A stretch of 56,205 nt of DNA, counting the filler, from Platydemus manokwari (taxonomy: Eukaryota), in NCBI GenBank assembly GCA_037951405.1. It is 5 parts of 5 records of this genome, joined end to end, with 100 filler letters (N's around TTAATTAATTAA, not from the genome) between each part and the next. Parts side by side here need not be neighbours in the genome. Positions count along the whole stretch, not along the records: positions 10,381 to 19,438 come from JBBMOY011306539.1; positions 19,539 to 30,679 come from JBBMOY010883310.1; 3 more parts are not named here. One strand, given 5' to 3'. The stretch's first letter is position 1. The number at the start of each line of letters is the position of its first letter. The notes beneath the pieces were generated by a model. That model ran no database searches and had not been told where the DNA came from. It saw only the letters and a program-made list of their open reading frames with translations. Positions 13,393 through 25,649 of the stretch are shown here, piece after piece. The position numbers and the translations under genes were made by a program.

Positions 13393-13949
13393 AGTTATAA
13401 TGTAGTAAAAAGTAAATATCTTTCCGATTTTCAATTGACAATTTCAAAAGTAAATTTATTTATTTATACACATTTAATGGTATAACATTTTTCAAAAATA
13501 TCAAATTATCGTTACTGATGAATATTATTATCGATTATTAATTTTATATTTTCAATATTTGCTACTGGATACATATGAGTTTAAGTTTGCACGCTATCTC
13601 TTATATTAAAGTATTTTAAATGGTTGAGGGTTTCATTTAGAGTTAAAAAATTATACAAACATTATTGCGATGAAAATTCGATTGTACCATTAGTCTTGAT
13701 AAGTAATAGTAATTAATATATCTTTTACTTAAGAGTAAACTAATTTATTTCCTCACTTAACTATTCTATGTGAATTGTCGCCAAGATGTTCTTTGACATT
13801 TCTAATTAGCATTTAAAATTTCGATAGATTCTGACCTGTGTGATTTTGTTTCCTACTTATTTTTAAATTGAATCTCACGTATTTTGTCAATCTTATTAAA
13901 TCTTTGAATTACTCTATAGTAAATCAATAAGTGTTTTGAAAGATAAAGC

Positions 13950-15780
13950 TGTCTGGATATAATTTTTAAAATTTTTGGAATGTATTTTTAATTCCTCGAT
14001 ATTTATGGGCTTCATTGGTCACAGTTGTGATATATTCGTTGTCGAATGCATTAGATGATATTACTGAAACATATTCTGAAAGTAGAGTGTATTGAAAAAT
14101 TAAAGCGTTTCCTAAATAATGCTTTCCTTTCATTTTCTCAGGATTTATCATTTAATTTGTTTTTTACGAGCTATAGAATTTTAGGATATTTTTATGAAAC
14201 TAATTTAAATAATTTTCTAAAGTCACCCAAAATTTATCAAGGTAATCCAATTATATTTTTTATCACTTTAACTTCGTGCTTATTTAAACTTTTAATTTTC
14301 CTTCATAAATTATTTTCTTTCAGATAATGAGGTTATTGAAGTCAATATTAAAATCTTTTGGTGACAACTTGTTACGATTGAAAAAACCCGAAAATGTATT
14401 TATTCATTTTTGTTTAAACTGTTGTTGAGTACAAGAATTTCTCGTAATATTTTCAACTCAATTTATTAAAAAATCCTAAAATCTCATAATTTAATACCTT
14501 TTACTTTCACCTAGTTATTATAAATATATTAATGGAAAGTACATTTCTTTATTTGACATTTTTAATGTGTGTTTGTGAATTATGAATATTCCTATAAATT
14601 TTTGAAATATTTAGTAGTTGCGAATATCTATTTTTAATACATTTCTTTTAGACAACTAACATTTAAAAATTTCACAGAATCACGAAATAAATAAATATTC
14701 TGGGTGAAATGCCAGGATTTAGTCTTATCTCGAATTTGTCAAAGGCCTAACTTAAAACTTTCTTACCATTAGAAGCTGTCATTTTATATGACTGTAAGTT
14801 CAGTTATCGTGTGAAAAATATATTCTACAATACGCAGTAATTTAACAATTATCTGTTATTGTCAATAACTTTTCATGGTCAGAATATGCCGGCTCCAAAT
14901 TGATGTTTCTTAAATAGACAAATTCTAAAGTCATTTCTACTCGTCAAAATCAGATAGGACATCGAATTTACTAATTTCATTTTTTGCGCTTCGGCGGATT
15001 CGAACTCATGACCACTTTACTTGTCTTCATTTTCATAATATTTGTTATGATTGTTTTGTATACCCTTCGATGACATTTTAATTTTAGTTGTTTAATTGCA
15101 CTACTTTTATGTTTTCTACATGAAATTTTGTCAAAGACTGCGTTATTAATAACTAATTTCATATTGCTTTTTATTACTAATTAAATTGCTATTTTTAATT
15201 ATTTCTTTAAATATTTTTATTTATATCTTGGTATTTATTCAAATTTTTGTTATTTAATGTTTTATATTAACGCTTTTATTCTAACTAAAATTTTCTTTAG
15301 ATGTTTGATTTTGTTATTTTCAATGTTTTATGTATTTGTTGTATTTTTATTTGCAGAATAACATCAAGTTCAATATTTCTTGATAAGTGAATTGTTGATA
15401 AATGAAGTTTAATTTTGAAATATTTAACAAGGGTCGAGTTTTTTAATCTTTTCGCAAATTTTTGTAATACTAAATTATTGCAATACTAATTATAGAAACT
15501 AGAATCCTATTCCATGTTGTCTGTGGACGAATTCCCATAAATTATTATTTTAAGTATATCTAAACTGGCTTAGTTTCTTTTTGCTAAATAATTATTTTTA
15601 TCCATCAAGCTATTCCTTGTATTAACATTAAGTTGTTTTGTCGTTCTTTATCAATAGTTATAGCATGGTATTTTTTTTGACAATCTGGCTAAATGTCCGA
15701 ATCTATTACAGGTGTAACATTTAATTTTTAAACTCTTTGGAATTTACCCACTTAACAAATTTCTCACTAGATATAGATTT
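13950..15780 (-). mobile_element. Decayed Ty3/Gypsy LTR retrotransposon gag-pol remnant
   Basis: Motifs in the correct order on the minus strand: zinc knuckle KCYTCNRFGHLAR-C (~15725-15680), pre-RT motif FEIRLNPGISP (~14735-14700) and RT core LGNALIFQ...AFDNEYITTVTNEAH...TFQKF (14120-13966; cf. GL.NA..FQ...YLDD...T.EEH). Many stops and frameshifts. Confidence 0.65.
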
Positions 15781-16853
15781 ATAAATATATATTTCAGCAT
15801 ATGAATTGCATTTACTGTAATAATTGATATTGCGAAGAAACCTTATTTTGACACTAGTGATTGTGAGTCATTTAAATTTTCTCTTCATTTAATTTCCAGT
15901 TTGTTTCGATGATATAAGTTTTTTGCTCATTTGAATTCTTTAAATTTTTTGAATTCGCTTTTATCTCATTCTGAACTTTATCAGTCTAACCTCTATTGCG
16001 AGTTATAATTATCGGCTCTCTTGATTTAGAATATCTAGTCGTTTCATAAAATCTTCAAAATCAAACTTTTTGAGTTGACTTAGTTGATTTCTTCACTCGT
16101 TCAATTTTTAAGGATTTGTTACAAAGTTTGTATGTAATTCTTAATGTTTTTTAAAATTTTAAACAAGTAGATTTTCTGATTTGTTAAAAATCGATGTTTA
16201 CCTTTTATTTTAATTTCACTTAGCATTACATAGTTATAACTTCATTGAAATTTTTAGTATTTAATATAGGTTTTTATTATATTAATAAATTAATCAATGA
16301 AGTTATTATTAGTCATAAATATTAAAGATGTTGACGAAGAATTACAAATGGAACTAATCGAACTCCATCCCAATAGTGAACTACATATAGATATTTTTGA
16401 TTATGGAAATAATAATTAATTCAAGGTTTGAGTTTCAAAGGAAACACTGACATTCTTTTTAGTGCAAATGAAAATTTAACAGGTATACATGTCGAAATTC
16501 ACCAAAATCCTTTATATAGAAAATTATGTACTAATTTTAAATTTGACTCAATTTAAGTTAGCATTTTTTATACATTTGAGTTTGGGATATTAGATATGAA
16601 TAAATGATAATTGATTTTAATTATTTATAATGATCTTAGATATATTAATGAAAGTTGAAGAGCAGAATTATTTGAAAAACACCATGCATATTTCTTATAT
16701 TCGTTTAAATTTGATTTCTAGATATTTTTCTATTTTTTATAATTGTTATTAGTGTTTGGATTATGATTGAGATATATACATTTCAATTCGAATTTTACCA
16801 AATGTAATTGGTAAAAATGGAAATACTATAAATAAATTGATATTAAAATAAGA

Positions 16854-17164
16854 TACCTTATTTCTTCGGATAAATGCCGCGATGTTTATTCGATTTGTTA
16901 ATTTTTAAGTGCAACGTTTATTCTAGGGTGTCGTTTATCTAAAGAAATACAACTGGTCAAAGACTAGATGATTTAGGAAATATGGATGAAATTGCTATAC
17001 TGGCTGATATTTACAGAAATCCAAACATATTTGCTAATTATTACTATTGACCCTAAAAAAATTACCCGTTGCAGTTCGCCTTTAAAATTACTGATAATCG
17101 TAAACTTTAACTTTTGTTTGAGGACATTTATTCGAGGGCCCCGTTAATCCAAAGGAATGTCAAT
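16854..17164. mobile_element. pogo/Tigger-type non-autonomous element (MITE) remnant
   Basis: Starts TACCTTATTTCTTCGGATAAATGCCGCG with repeated CGTTTATT(C) sub-terminal motifs (GTGCAACGTTTATTCTAGGGTGTCGTTTAT; TTTATTCGAGGGCCCCGTTAAT), typical of TACCGTATTT-ended pogo-like MITEs. Confidence 0.55.
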
Positions 17165-17225
17165 ATAATATTAAGTTATCACTGATAGTTTTATGGATTC
17201 AAATCAAAATGCAATTACAACAAAT

Positions 17226-17297
17226 GCTCACGGTCCAGTGGTAAGTGGTAATGAAGTTGAGTTAAAGTTATTGTAGGTTCGAATTCACCAGTGAGCG
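17226..17297 (+). repeat. tRNA-derived element / tRNA pseudogene (best-preserved copy C of the family)
   Basis: 72 nt; acceptor-stem pairing GCTCAC (17226-31) with GTGAGC (17291-96); A-box-like GGTCCAGTGGTAAG and B-box GGTTCGAATTC. T-stem and anticodon arm are degenerate, so it is not called a functional tRNA. Confidence 0.65.
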
Positions 17298-18771
17298 AAT
17301 TATAGAATTGTGAATTTGCGATTCTTTTTATTGTAAAAAATTTTGCGGTATCAGTACCTTAATTATTTTTCTTTTCGATTGTTTAGATATTTTTTTTATA
17401 AATGTCACCTGGTTAGTTTTTTTCTTTATTTAATTATTTTATTGCTGCTTTGGCTTAAATTTGGATAGCATACAATAACCAACCTTAAATATGTTGTTTC
17501 CAATGTGAATAAAAAACGTAAATAAGAAATTGAATGTATTATCTATAAATTAGTAAAATACTCAAATTTTTAAATAAAATTCAAATAATTATACTTTTCT
17601 CATGATTTCATCTTAATTTCTAAGTAGTATATTACTTTTTATAAATAGAATTAACATTCACTTCATATTATTCTATTTATTTTTAATTTATAATATCATA
17701 ACATCATCACGATATGTACATTACAAATGAATATTCACTGTATTTTGCAGAAAAATTACGATAAACCTTGAAGTTGTTTAAGTTTTGAGAGTATTTGTAA
17801 ATATCACAGATTACTTACAGAAACTTTCAATTATATTTGATTTGTTTCTAAGACTTTCTAAAATTATGTTATTTTCAAATCTCACCTAACTATCCATTGT
17901 CTTTGCATGTGATCCACACAGATTCGTATTGTTATTTTATTATTATACAGATAAAAGTTAAAAAAATTTCCCATATAAAATTTTGTGAGTTTTTCAATTC
18001 AATTATATTTAAATGTTCCCGAAAAATGTGACTGATTCTTTAAAAATAATCTTAGAGTTTATAGTCTCCTTTTTGAAGTCAAATAGTATTTATTTTTTAT
18101 ACACATAAAATATCACAATCACCATAATTTTTTTGGAAATATAATTTTTTCGCAAAGCTTTGGATCACAAAAAATAATTTCTGGGCCTACTTAAATTGAC
18201 GAATTAATTTACTTATGAGTTGTTCAATTCAATTAAATATTTCCTTTTCCAAATTCTTTAATATAAAATATACCAGTATTTAATGTTATTTGAATAATCA
18301 ATTTTATTTTTAAAAAGTCTGCGAAATGCCTGAGGTCTCTGATTCTTATTATACAAATTTTGTACTGTATTTTGTCATTTCTAAGACACCATCGACAATT
18401 ACAACCATTTATCGACAAATAAATCACGTCTATTAAATAGGACCTTATATGGATTCATTATCACTAATATGTGTTATGGTGCTTACATTATTAAATTTCT
18501 CTTAATCAAATTAAATTACGATGTATTTATTCAATTTTAATTTTTCCAGGGTTTTAATTATCAATGATTCAATATTTAATAGATTAATTTTTTTGTCAAA
18601 TGACCTTTGCTAATTTTGAGTGGGTCAAAATGATTTATCGATTAATTAATCTGTCAGTTAAATTATATATAATTAACAATGTTGAAAGTTTTTGTTTTTT
18701 CGTATTACCTTTAACATGACTTAAGTATAGAGCAGAATGTAAGATTGAAATGGTTATTGTGATGGATAAAT

Positions 18772-18878
18772 TGATTTGGAACCAAAATTCAATTACAGCA
18801 GGTGCCCACGTTCAAGTAGTAAGTGATAGTAAAGTTGAGTGAAATGATCATGGTTTTGAATTCATCAATGACACGAGT
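18772..18878 (+). repeat. tRNA-like dispersed repeat, copy D
   Basis: CAAAATTCAATTACAGCAGGTGCCCACGTTCAAGTAGTAAGTGATAGTAAAGTTGAGT...GGTTTTGAATTCATC aligns colinearly with 17200-17290. Confidence 0.7.
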
Positions 18879-19438
18879 TACAATGATATCAGGTAAATAT
18901 TTGTTGAAAATATAAAAATAAATCACAGAATTAGGATTATGGTAAAATTAATATTCAATAAATAAAAATTTTGATGAAAGGAATTAGTAATCAAGACTAA
19001 TATTTAGTGAATAATAATTACTAAATCAAGTATAAATATCAAATACAATATAGGTTAAATATCTCAATTTTCATACATATTTCGAACAGTTGTCGAAACA
19101 AATACATTAATTATTTGTTAATTGTTTTAGGTGAATTGTGCTCGAAATTAAAATATTATCTTTGTTTACAACCCGGTTGTCCCAGAAATTATACTGCTTA
19201 ACATTTGCTAAAGGTCCTATGGGCTACAAGAAATTGTATCAGAAAAGAGTGTTAAGATTTCCCTAAGTTTAGATTATTGATATAAAAAATATTTGTGCTT
19301 AACTCACAATTGCTGAATAATTATCAATATATCTATGTTAGAATAAAATCCAAAAATTTTAATTAATCACATGAATTACGAATCAGTAAAAACTAGTGAA
19401 ATCAAATAAAATCCTTATTTTTAGTTGATGTAATGTGT

Positions 19439-19538
19439 NNNNNNNNNNNNNNNNNNNNNNNNNNNNNNNNNNNNNNNNNNNNTTAATTAATTAANNNNNN
19501 NNNNNNNNNNNNNNNNNNNNNNNNNNNNNNNNNNNNNN
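19439..19538. other. Assembly gap with TTAATTAATTAA linker
   Basis: N run + linker + N run. Confidence 0.97.
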
Positions 19539-21269
19539 GATTAAAATTTGAATAAAATGTAAATTAAAATTGTTTCGAATCAAATTGAAATTCATTTAAT
19601 ATCAAATATCTCACACTATAGCAATTGGAACTCTTTAGTAATCCATCTCAATGAATGGCCAACCAACTTCTTTGGAAAATATTCTTATACGGTTAAAATT
19701 CCACTTAAACGATTCGACAGAAGTAAGACGTGACTGTCAAAATTCGAGAAACCTTCAAGCATGGTGTCAAGACGCTTAGTACCTCATTAATGACGAATAG
19801 CAAAAATTTTTTGTGATTCTAACAAAAATGTTTGTATTGTCATTATCTTTCATTAAAAATAATGGATATTAATACACTCCTTCGACAGTACACTCCTTCA
19901 TGTACTCCTAAGGAATAAATTAGATGCATCAAATCAAAAACACCACACAATAACTGTACCACGCTAAAACCCTGATTGGGGAGAGTGGTGCTTAGAAGAT
20001 GTCTCTTATTTCTAGAATTCAATTTTCTAAATAAGGGTTACCCTACCCGTACAATTTAGAAGAAATACATACGGGACATGTCTTACAGAAAGTGCGTATA
20101 TTAGGTTGGCTCACAAACGCATGTTTTATAATGTGCTTTCTCTCGAAATATCTCAAAATCAACAAATCAATTAAAAGTGTTTGACTTACAATAAAAATTC
20201 GTACTTTCACCTGAAGCTCATCAACAAACTATAAAATATTAAAGAAACTAGGCTTCTACCAGAAATCCCTCAGCCAAATTGCAACTTAGTGTTTCTTGAC
20301 GATTATCAAAGCAAATTTCGTCCATTGAGTTCCAGTTTTGGAAAATGAATTCGGAATATCAAAAGTTGAAGCTGACCCCGACTAATGCTTTGCTAGTAAC
20401 AATGAGCATACGGTAAATCTGATGAAAGCCCTAAATCCAAAACCTCGAGGATAAATCTTCTAAACATATAATTATTGGGATAGCAATTACCTATTCATAA
20501 GTTTTGACCTGATATGGCAGTGCTTTGTTTTACCAGTAAGATTATGAGGAATAGAAAATTTTGAAAGAAGTTATTGACCACCAATTGTGAACATTTTATA
20601 TCTGAACTAATCTTTTGAAATTCCTTAGTTATTATCTTAGCAAGTTAAATTGTTAAATTAATTATAAAATCCAATGTTTATTGAATAAATAATTATTATT
20701 GTGACTAAATTAAATAATTGATTGAAATTGAGCTCGATCCCCAACAACGTAACTTTAAAGTTAACTAATTATTTCAAATTTTCGTGACCAAAAATTCAAA
20801 AGGTTGTTTATTTATATATTTATATATAAACATTTCCGAGCGAAGATCTAGATCAATGATTGAAAAACGCAATTGTCGTTTTAATTATTTAGTTCGTCAT
20901 CACAATTAAATATATAAAAACTAAATTTTAAATCATCATAATCAATTTAAAGTACTTGATTTTTCTGCCATTGTTTCAAGCTTTGTTATTTGATTTATTT
21001 GTGTTTTCACGTTTATTGCTTCCCTAAAACCTTGAAATTTAGAAAATGAATAATTTCTTGTATTATTTCTTATGTTGAAGTTTGACCTATATGATGTCAA
21101 AATTACATCTAATCATATGAAGAAAAGAAGATCTTTGTAAATTAATTGTTTTTAACATACTTACCAATTTTTATTCATAAACATTGATAATCGAGATATT
21201 CATACATTGAAATATGGGGTGTAGATTGTTCTTTCCCTCGATATTTAATCAGACAAATAATTCCACGTT

Positions 21270-21830
21270 TCAATCAATTCTATCTCCACCTTCCATTCTA
21301 TGTTGTCTGGGATATCCTGTTCCTCTATTTTTGAAGCTGACTTTGCTGTTGTTCACTTTTCCGTATTTATATTCGACTTTATGCAAGCAAGAACTATTTT
21401 ATTATTTCATTTTCTTATCCATTCCTAGCTTCTTTAGAGGTGTATCATTGGACTGTGTTTGCCAAGTTCCTGGAACTCTTACTGCAAAATTGAACACTTC
21501 CACAGCCCACTCGGGCCCCCTTTTATCGCATTTCGGAGTTCTGATTATTTTCCTATGTTCTTTTCAGTTATTTCGGCCATTAAAGCGAGTTCGTCCATTG
21601 GGAATTTTACATCGATTAGGATGATCATGGATTTTCGGTTATTTATTAGTTGAAGATCCACCCTTAATTTGGATTCTTTCTATACAAGGACTATATTATC
21701 CGTATTGTTAACAATTTCCTTAGCCAGTATATTCATGATTCCGTCGTTCTGATAAAATATAAGATCGGGATGGTTGGCAACATGTGAAAACATGTGTTTT
21801 ATTGATAAATGTTTTAATATACAAGTAGCC
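21270..21830 (-). mobile_element. 3' fragment of an RLE-type (R2/NeSL/R4-like) non-LTR retrotransposon
   Basis: Minus strand reads HVFTCC...SERRN (end of CCHC knuckle plus RHN/RHD motif), then KLRVDLQLINNRKSMIILIDVKFPMDE...EKNIGK*SEL...VEVFNFAVRVPGTW. This matches the RPD(x)nD..P...K..KY..L...VG..G.W restriction-like endonuclease signature, with stops. Confidence 0.7.
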
Positions 21831-24800
21831 AGTGGTGTATAAAATTATTGGACTCATGTCTATATATAATTCTACTCAATCCTATGCTTAATAATGATTC
21901 AATAATGATAAATCCAGTACAGAAATTGTTTAGTTGTATTAACTTTAGCGTACAGTTTGCAGATTTTTACTGGCGAAGAAAATCAATATTAATGAATTTC
22001 TTTATATTAAAATCTTTTTACCAATGAAATTAACTAATAAACAGATATTTAAGAAATATGGATTTAACAAAACAGGCTAATTAAGCTATAATCATCTCAT
22101 GGAATATCTATAATAAATAATCAAGAAATAGAATATTAATTGCAAAACAAATTAAATATGGACTCAAAACAAAAAAATCAATTAAAAAACTCGAATTATA
22201 TTCATGACTATTTACAAACCTCCTTAGTCAACTTACATAATTTTCTAGTTAGAATCCGAAGATTTATATCGGGAAAAAATTTATCGATTAATGTTATGAC
22301 AATACAAGTTTTATAAATGAAAGATTACAAAGCAGCAGATAGACAATGTCAAAACAGCACAGAGAGGTGATTTTAACGATAATTTTTCTCAGATAATGTT
22401 TCTAATTAATAGTCAGTGGAATATTTATTCAGATTCATCATTGTAGTTCGTTCTTCATTTAAATAAATTTACACATTGTAATATGTTCTACTGTGGATAT
22501 TGGTTTATTGTATTCGTTTTTTGTAATAAAATGTGTAACGGTCGCGAAAAAACTTTAAAGATTATGATTTTGGGGGTCTATGGTTTTTCTTTTATTTTAA
22601 TTTCAGTTTAAATTTTTATTCGCTTTAGCAAAAACTGAGTCTAATCAAGTCTCTGATTCCTTATGACCTACAGGTAATCACTAAACCCAATATTTTTATG
22701 TTCCCTAGTCTCGATTATATTATAATATTACTACTTGAGCTGAATAAATAATAGAAATCAGTAACCATTAAAGTATAACATTGATTAGAAACAAAGTGCT
22801 ATAAAATTTTGAGTTCTAACCGATACATTACAGTTGAAAATATATTTAAAGTGAAAGAATATATTGGTGTAATAATCCCGTTATTCCAATCATTTTAATT
22901 TTGAGCCTAATAACTGTACTAAATCATTTAAACCGTTCAACGAGATATATTACATTTATTTAGCACAAAACCATACCAGTAGATTATAATTCAATTTCAA
23001 ACAATTATATTATAAAAATTATTAAAGCTTTGCAAAATTTTTTTATTATTAAAATAAAGAAATTTAAGACGAAACTCTGAAAATAAATACTTTTCATTGT
23101 TGGCTGACAGATGAAAGAATTCACACACTGATATTTTACGATGTTGCATTATTGACTCAGCATTCATAGAAATAATACTAGAAAAAATCTATGTGGTATT
23201 TTCGGAGTTTAAAAACTCGCGATTGTTACCAATCTTTAGAAATAAACAAGACTAATTAAATAAATAAAATAACTTAATTAATATTTAAATTGAAAAGTCA
23301 AATTAAATTTCAAATTATGAACTATTTCTAATTAAAATTTGATATGATTTCAGAGAAGTAGACAATAAGTAGACAATAAGTAGAACATTTCTTTTGAACT
23401 GATATGAAGACTCGATTTCTTTGCAATTTCAAAATGATAATTTTTAATATCTTAAGAATTAAAATAATTTAAAAAGCAAATTATATTTATGTTTGCTTGA
23501 AATACTTGAAAAAGTCTAATTAGCAAAATCCATCAATAATTAAGAAGTATTTCTAACGTTTTTCTTTAATTCTTTTTAAGAAAATTTTTATCAATTATTA
23601 AAATATTTTACCCATCTGTCTTTAAAAATTTTATAATTTCTCATCCAATGTGTTTTATGACAATTGATTTTTATTAGTATCATTTAAGCTTATACAATTT
23701 TTGATAAAAGAGAATTTTCCCATTACTATGTCTTTTAGTTACGAGCTGGATAAGTGAACTTATTGGTTGATTTTGACTCTGGTATTAAACTCATAAAGTT
23801 ATCTGTATTCAGTTTTATAAACGGAGTTTTCATAGTGACTTCTGAAATAATCTTGAAAATTAATCTTTTTGCTATCTTAATAACTACAAAAATCGTGTAA
23901 TTTTAATTTTTTATCCATGTAATCAGTTGTTAATACACTTTTAATTTGAGGTAAATATGGGCTAAATTTGATTAAAAAAATTTGCCCTATTAAAATTATA
24001 TCAGAAATTATAACATTATATTTCTATAACAATATAGTTTTCGGTCACACGCACAATCATACACACATATATAGCAACAAAAATGAAATAAAAACATTCA
24101 AAATTTATTTAAAATGTAAAAAATAATTAAAATTTTTTAATAAATTTATAATGATCTGAATATACATGAGTAATACGATAATTTAGCAATCATTAATAAT
24201 GTATGGAGTCAGTTCAAAACCTGTAGCAAATTGGTAAATTATTAAGAAAACAAATCATATACTCATAATAGTATATAAATACAATGATAAATAATGAAAG
24301 TATTTGTAAATAAGATATATAATCCAATAATAAATTACTAAAATTTTAAAGTTAATTGATCGGACTAGAATTTTAGAAGAATGTCGATATTTTATCATAT
24401 TAAGACTAATAATTCCCTTGAAGATATTAAAACATACATAATTAAAAATTTCAATAAAACAACAAGCACAAATTCATAAAAATCACGAGAGACCATGAAA
24501 TAAAGATGGTCAAATTGTTGGGATAGTATGGAGCGTCTTGTGCTCTATTTGGATAGCGAACAGAGCGAAGACGAGGATGAGAAAATCCCATATTCAGTTA
24601 AAACATATAACGAATGGAGACAGCAACAACAGCTGTCCCAAGAGCACCAGCAGCCACGGAAAAACCCGAGTTTAAAAGACCCAAAACACCTCCCAAAACA
24701 TCTCCGAAACAGTTCCCCAGACAGAAACCTGAAAGACCCGGAACGCCAATATAAAAAGGGTTACTCACCAAAATTACTGGCAGTCTTTCGCTAACACCGA

Positions 24801-25649
24801 TTTTTTTCATAGGTTATGCTGCGTGCGATTTTCAATTATTTGAAACTTCACTTCTTATCTTCTGGAACCATTTAAAAACTTGGTCATGTATTTAATTGAA
24901 AGATTTCCTTCACCCTCTTGTGCAACTGACACATTTTGGTATTTGTTATTTTCTAAATATTGGAAATGGGAAATATCCGGGAAATGGGAACAAAAATAAA
25001 TAAGTAGTTGATTTAAAGGTGTGTGACTGGTTGCTGGAGTAGTATGTGTTACTCTTTTGTTTTTATATACCTCATTAGATAATTTTTGATCATAATTTTG
25101 AGTAATTAACAGACACCCTACATCAGATACATAGGTGATTAGTTAAACACAATTGTCATCTAAGAGAATAATTCCAAAATCGATCGAGGGTTTATTGAGA
25201 TTAACAATTTTATTCAAGATAAATTTCATTAACTTGTGATTATCCATGACCATTGTAATATAATCAATTATGAATGATACATTCTTACAAATACAAAGTA
25301 ATAGTCAAATTAAATTTTAAGTGTTAGTACTTGCAATAGTAGGGATGGAGAAAGAATAGACCACAAAAACCGAGAAAATCAGAATGCGATCTAATGATAT
25401 GTGCAAAATAATCAGACTAAATATTAAACTTACCAAAGAGTAGGTGTTGTCTCTCGAGTTTCAAAATAAGTTTATTTATAAATTGCAAAATTTGAAAATT
25501 AATAATACAATACCCCCGGCTTTGTTTAAATCCTTTTAACAACATTTGGATTCTAGCGGATATTTAAACTTACTTATAATTGTTTGATAATTATTTAGAA
25601 AATTTTGGATTTTCAGATATACAAATTGACAATATTTATTAACTGAACA

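Noticed and set aside
20410-20455. CTGATGA hammerhead-like core (also at ~38682)
   Set aside because: Neither site has the required stem II followed by GAAA and a closing stem.
21214-21653. Plus-strand hydrophobic ORFs of 136 and 64 aa
   Set aside because: Antisense shadows of the RLE retrotransposon fragment.
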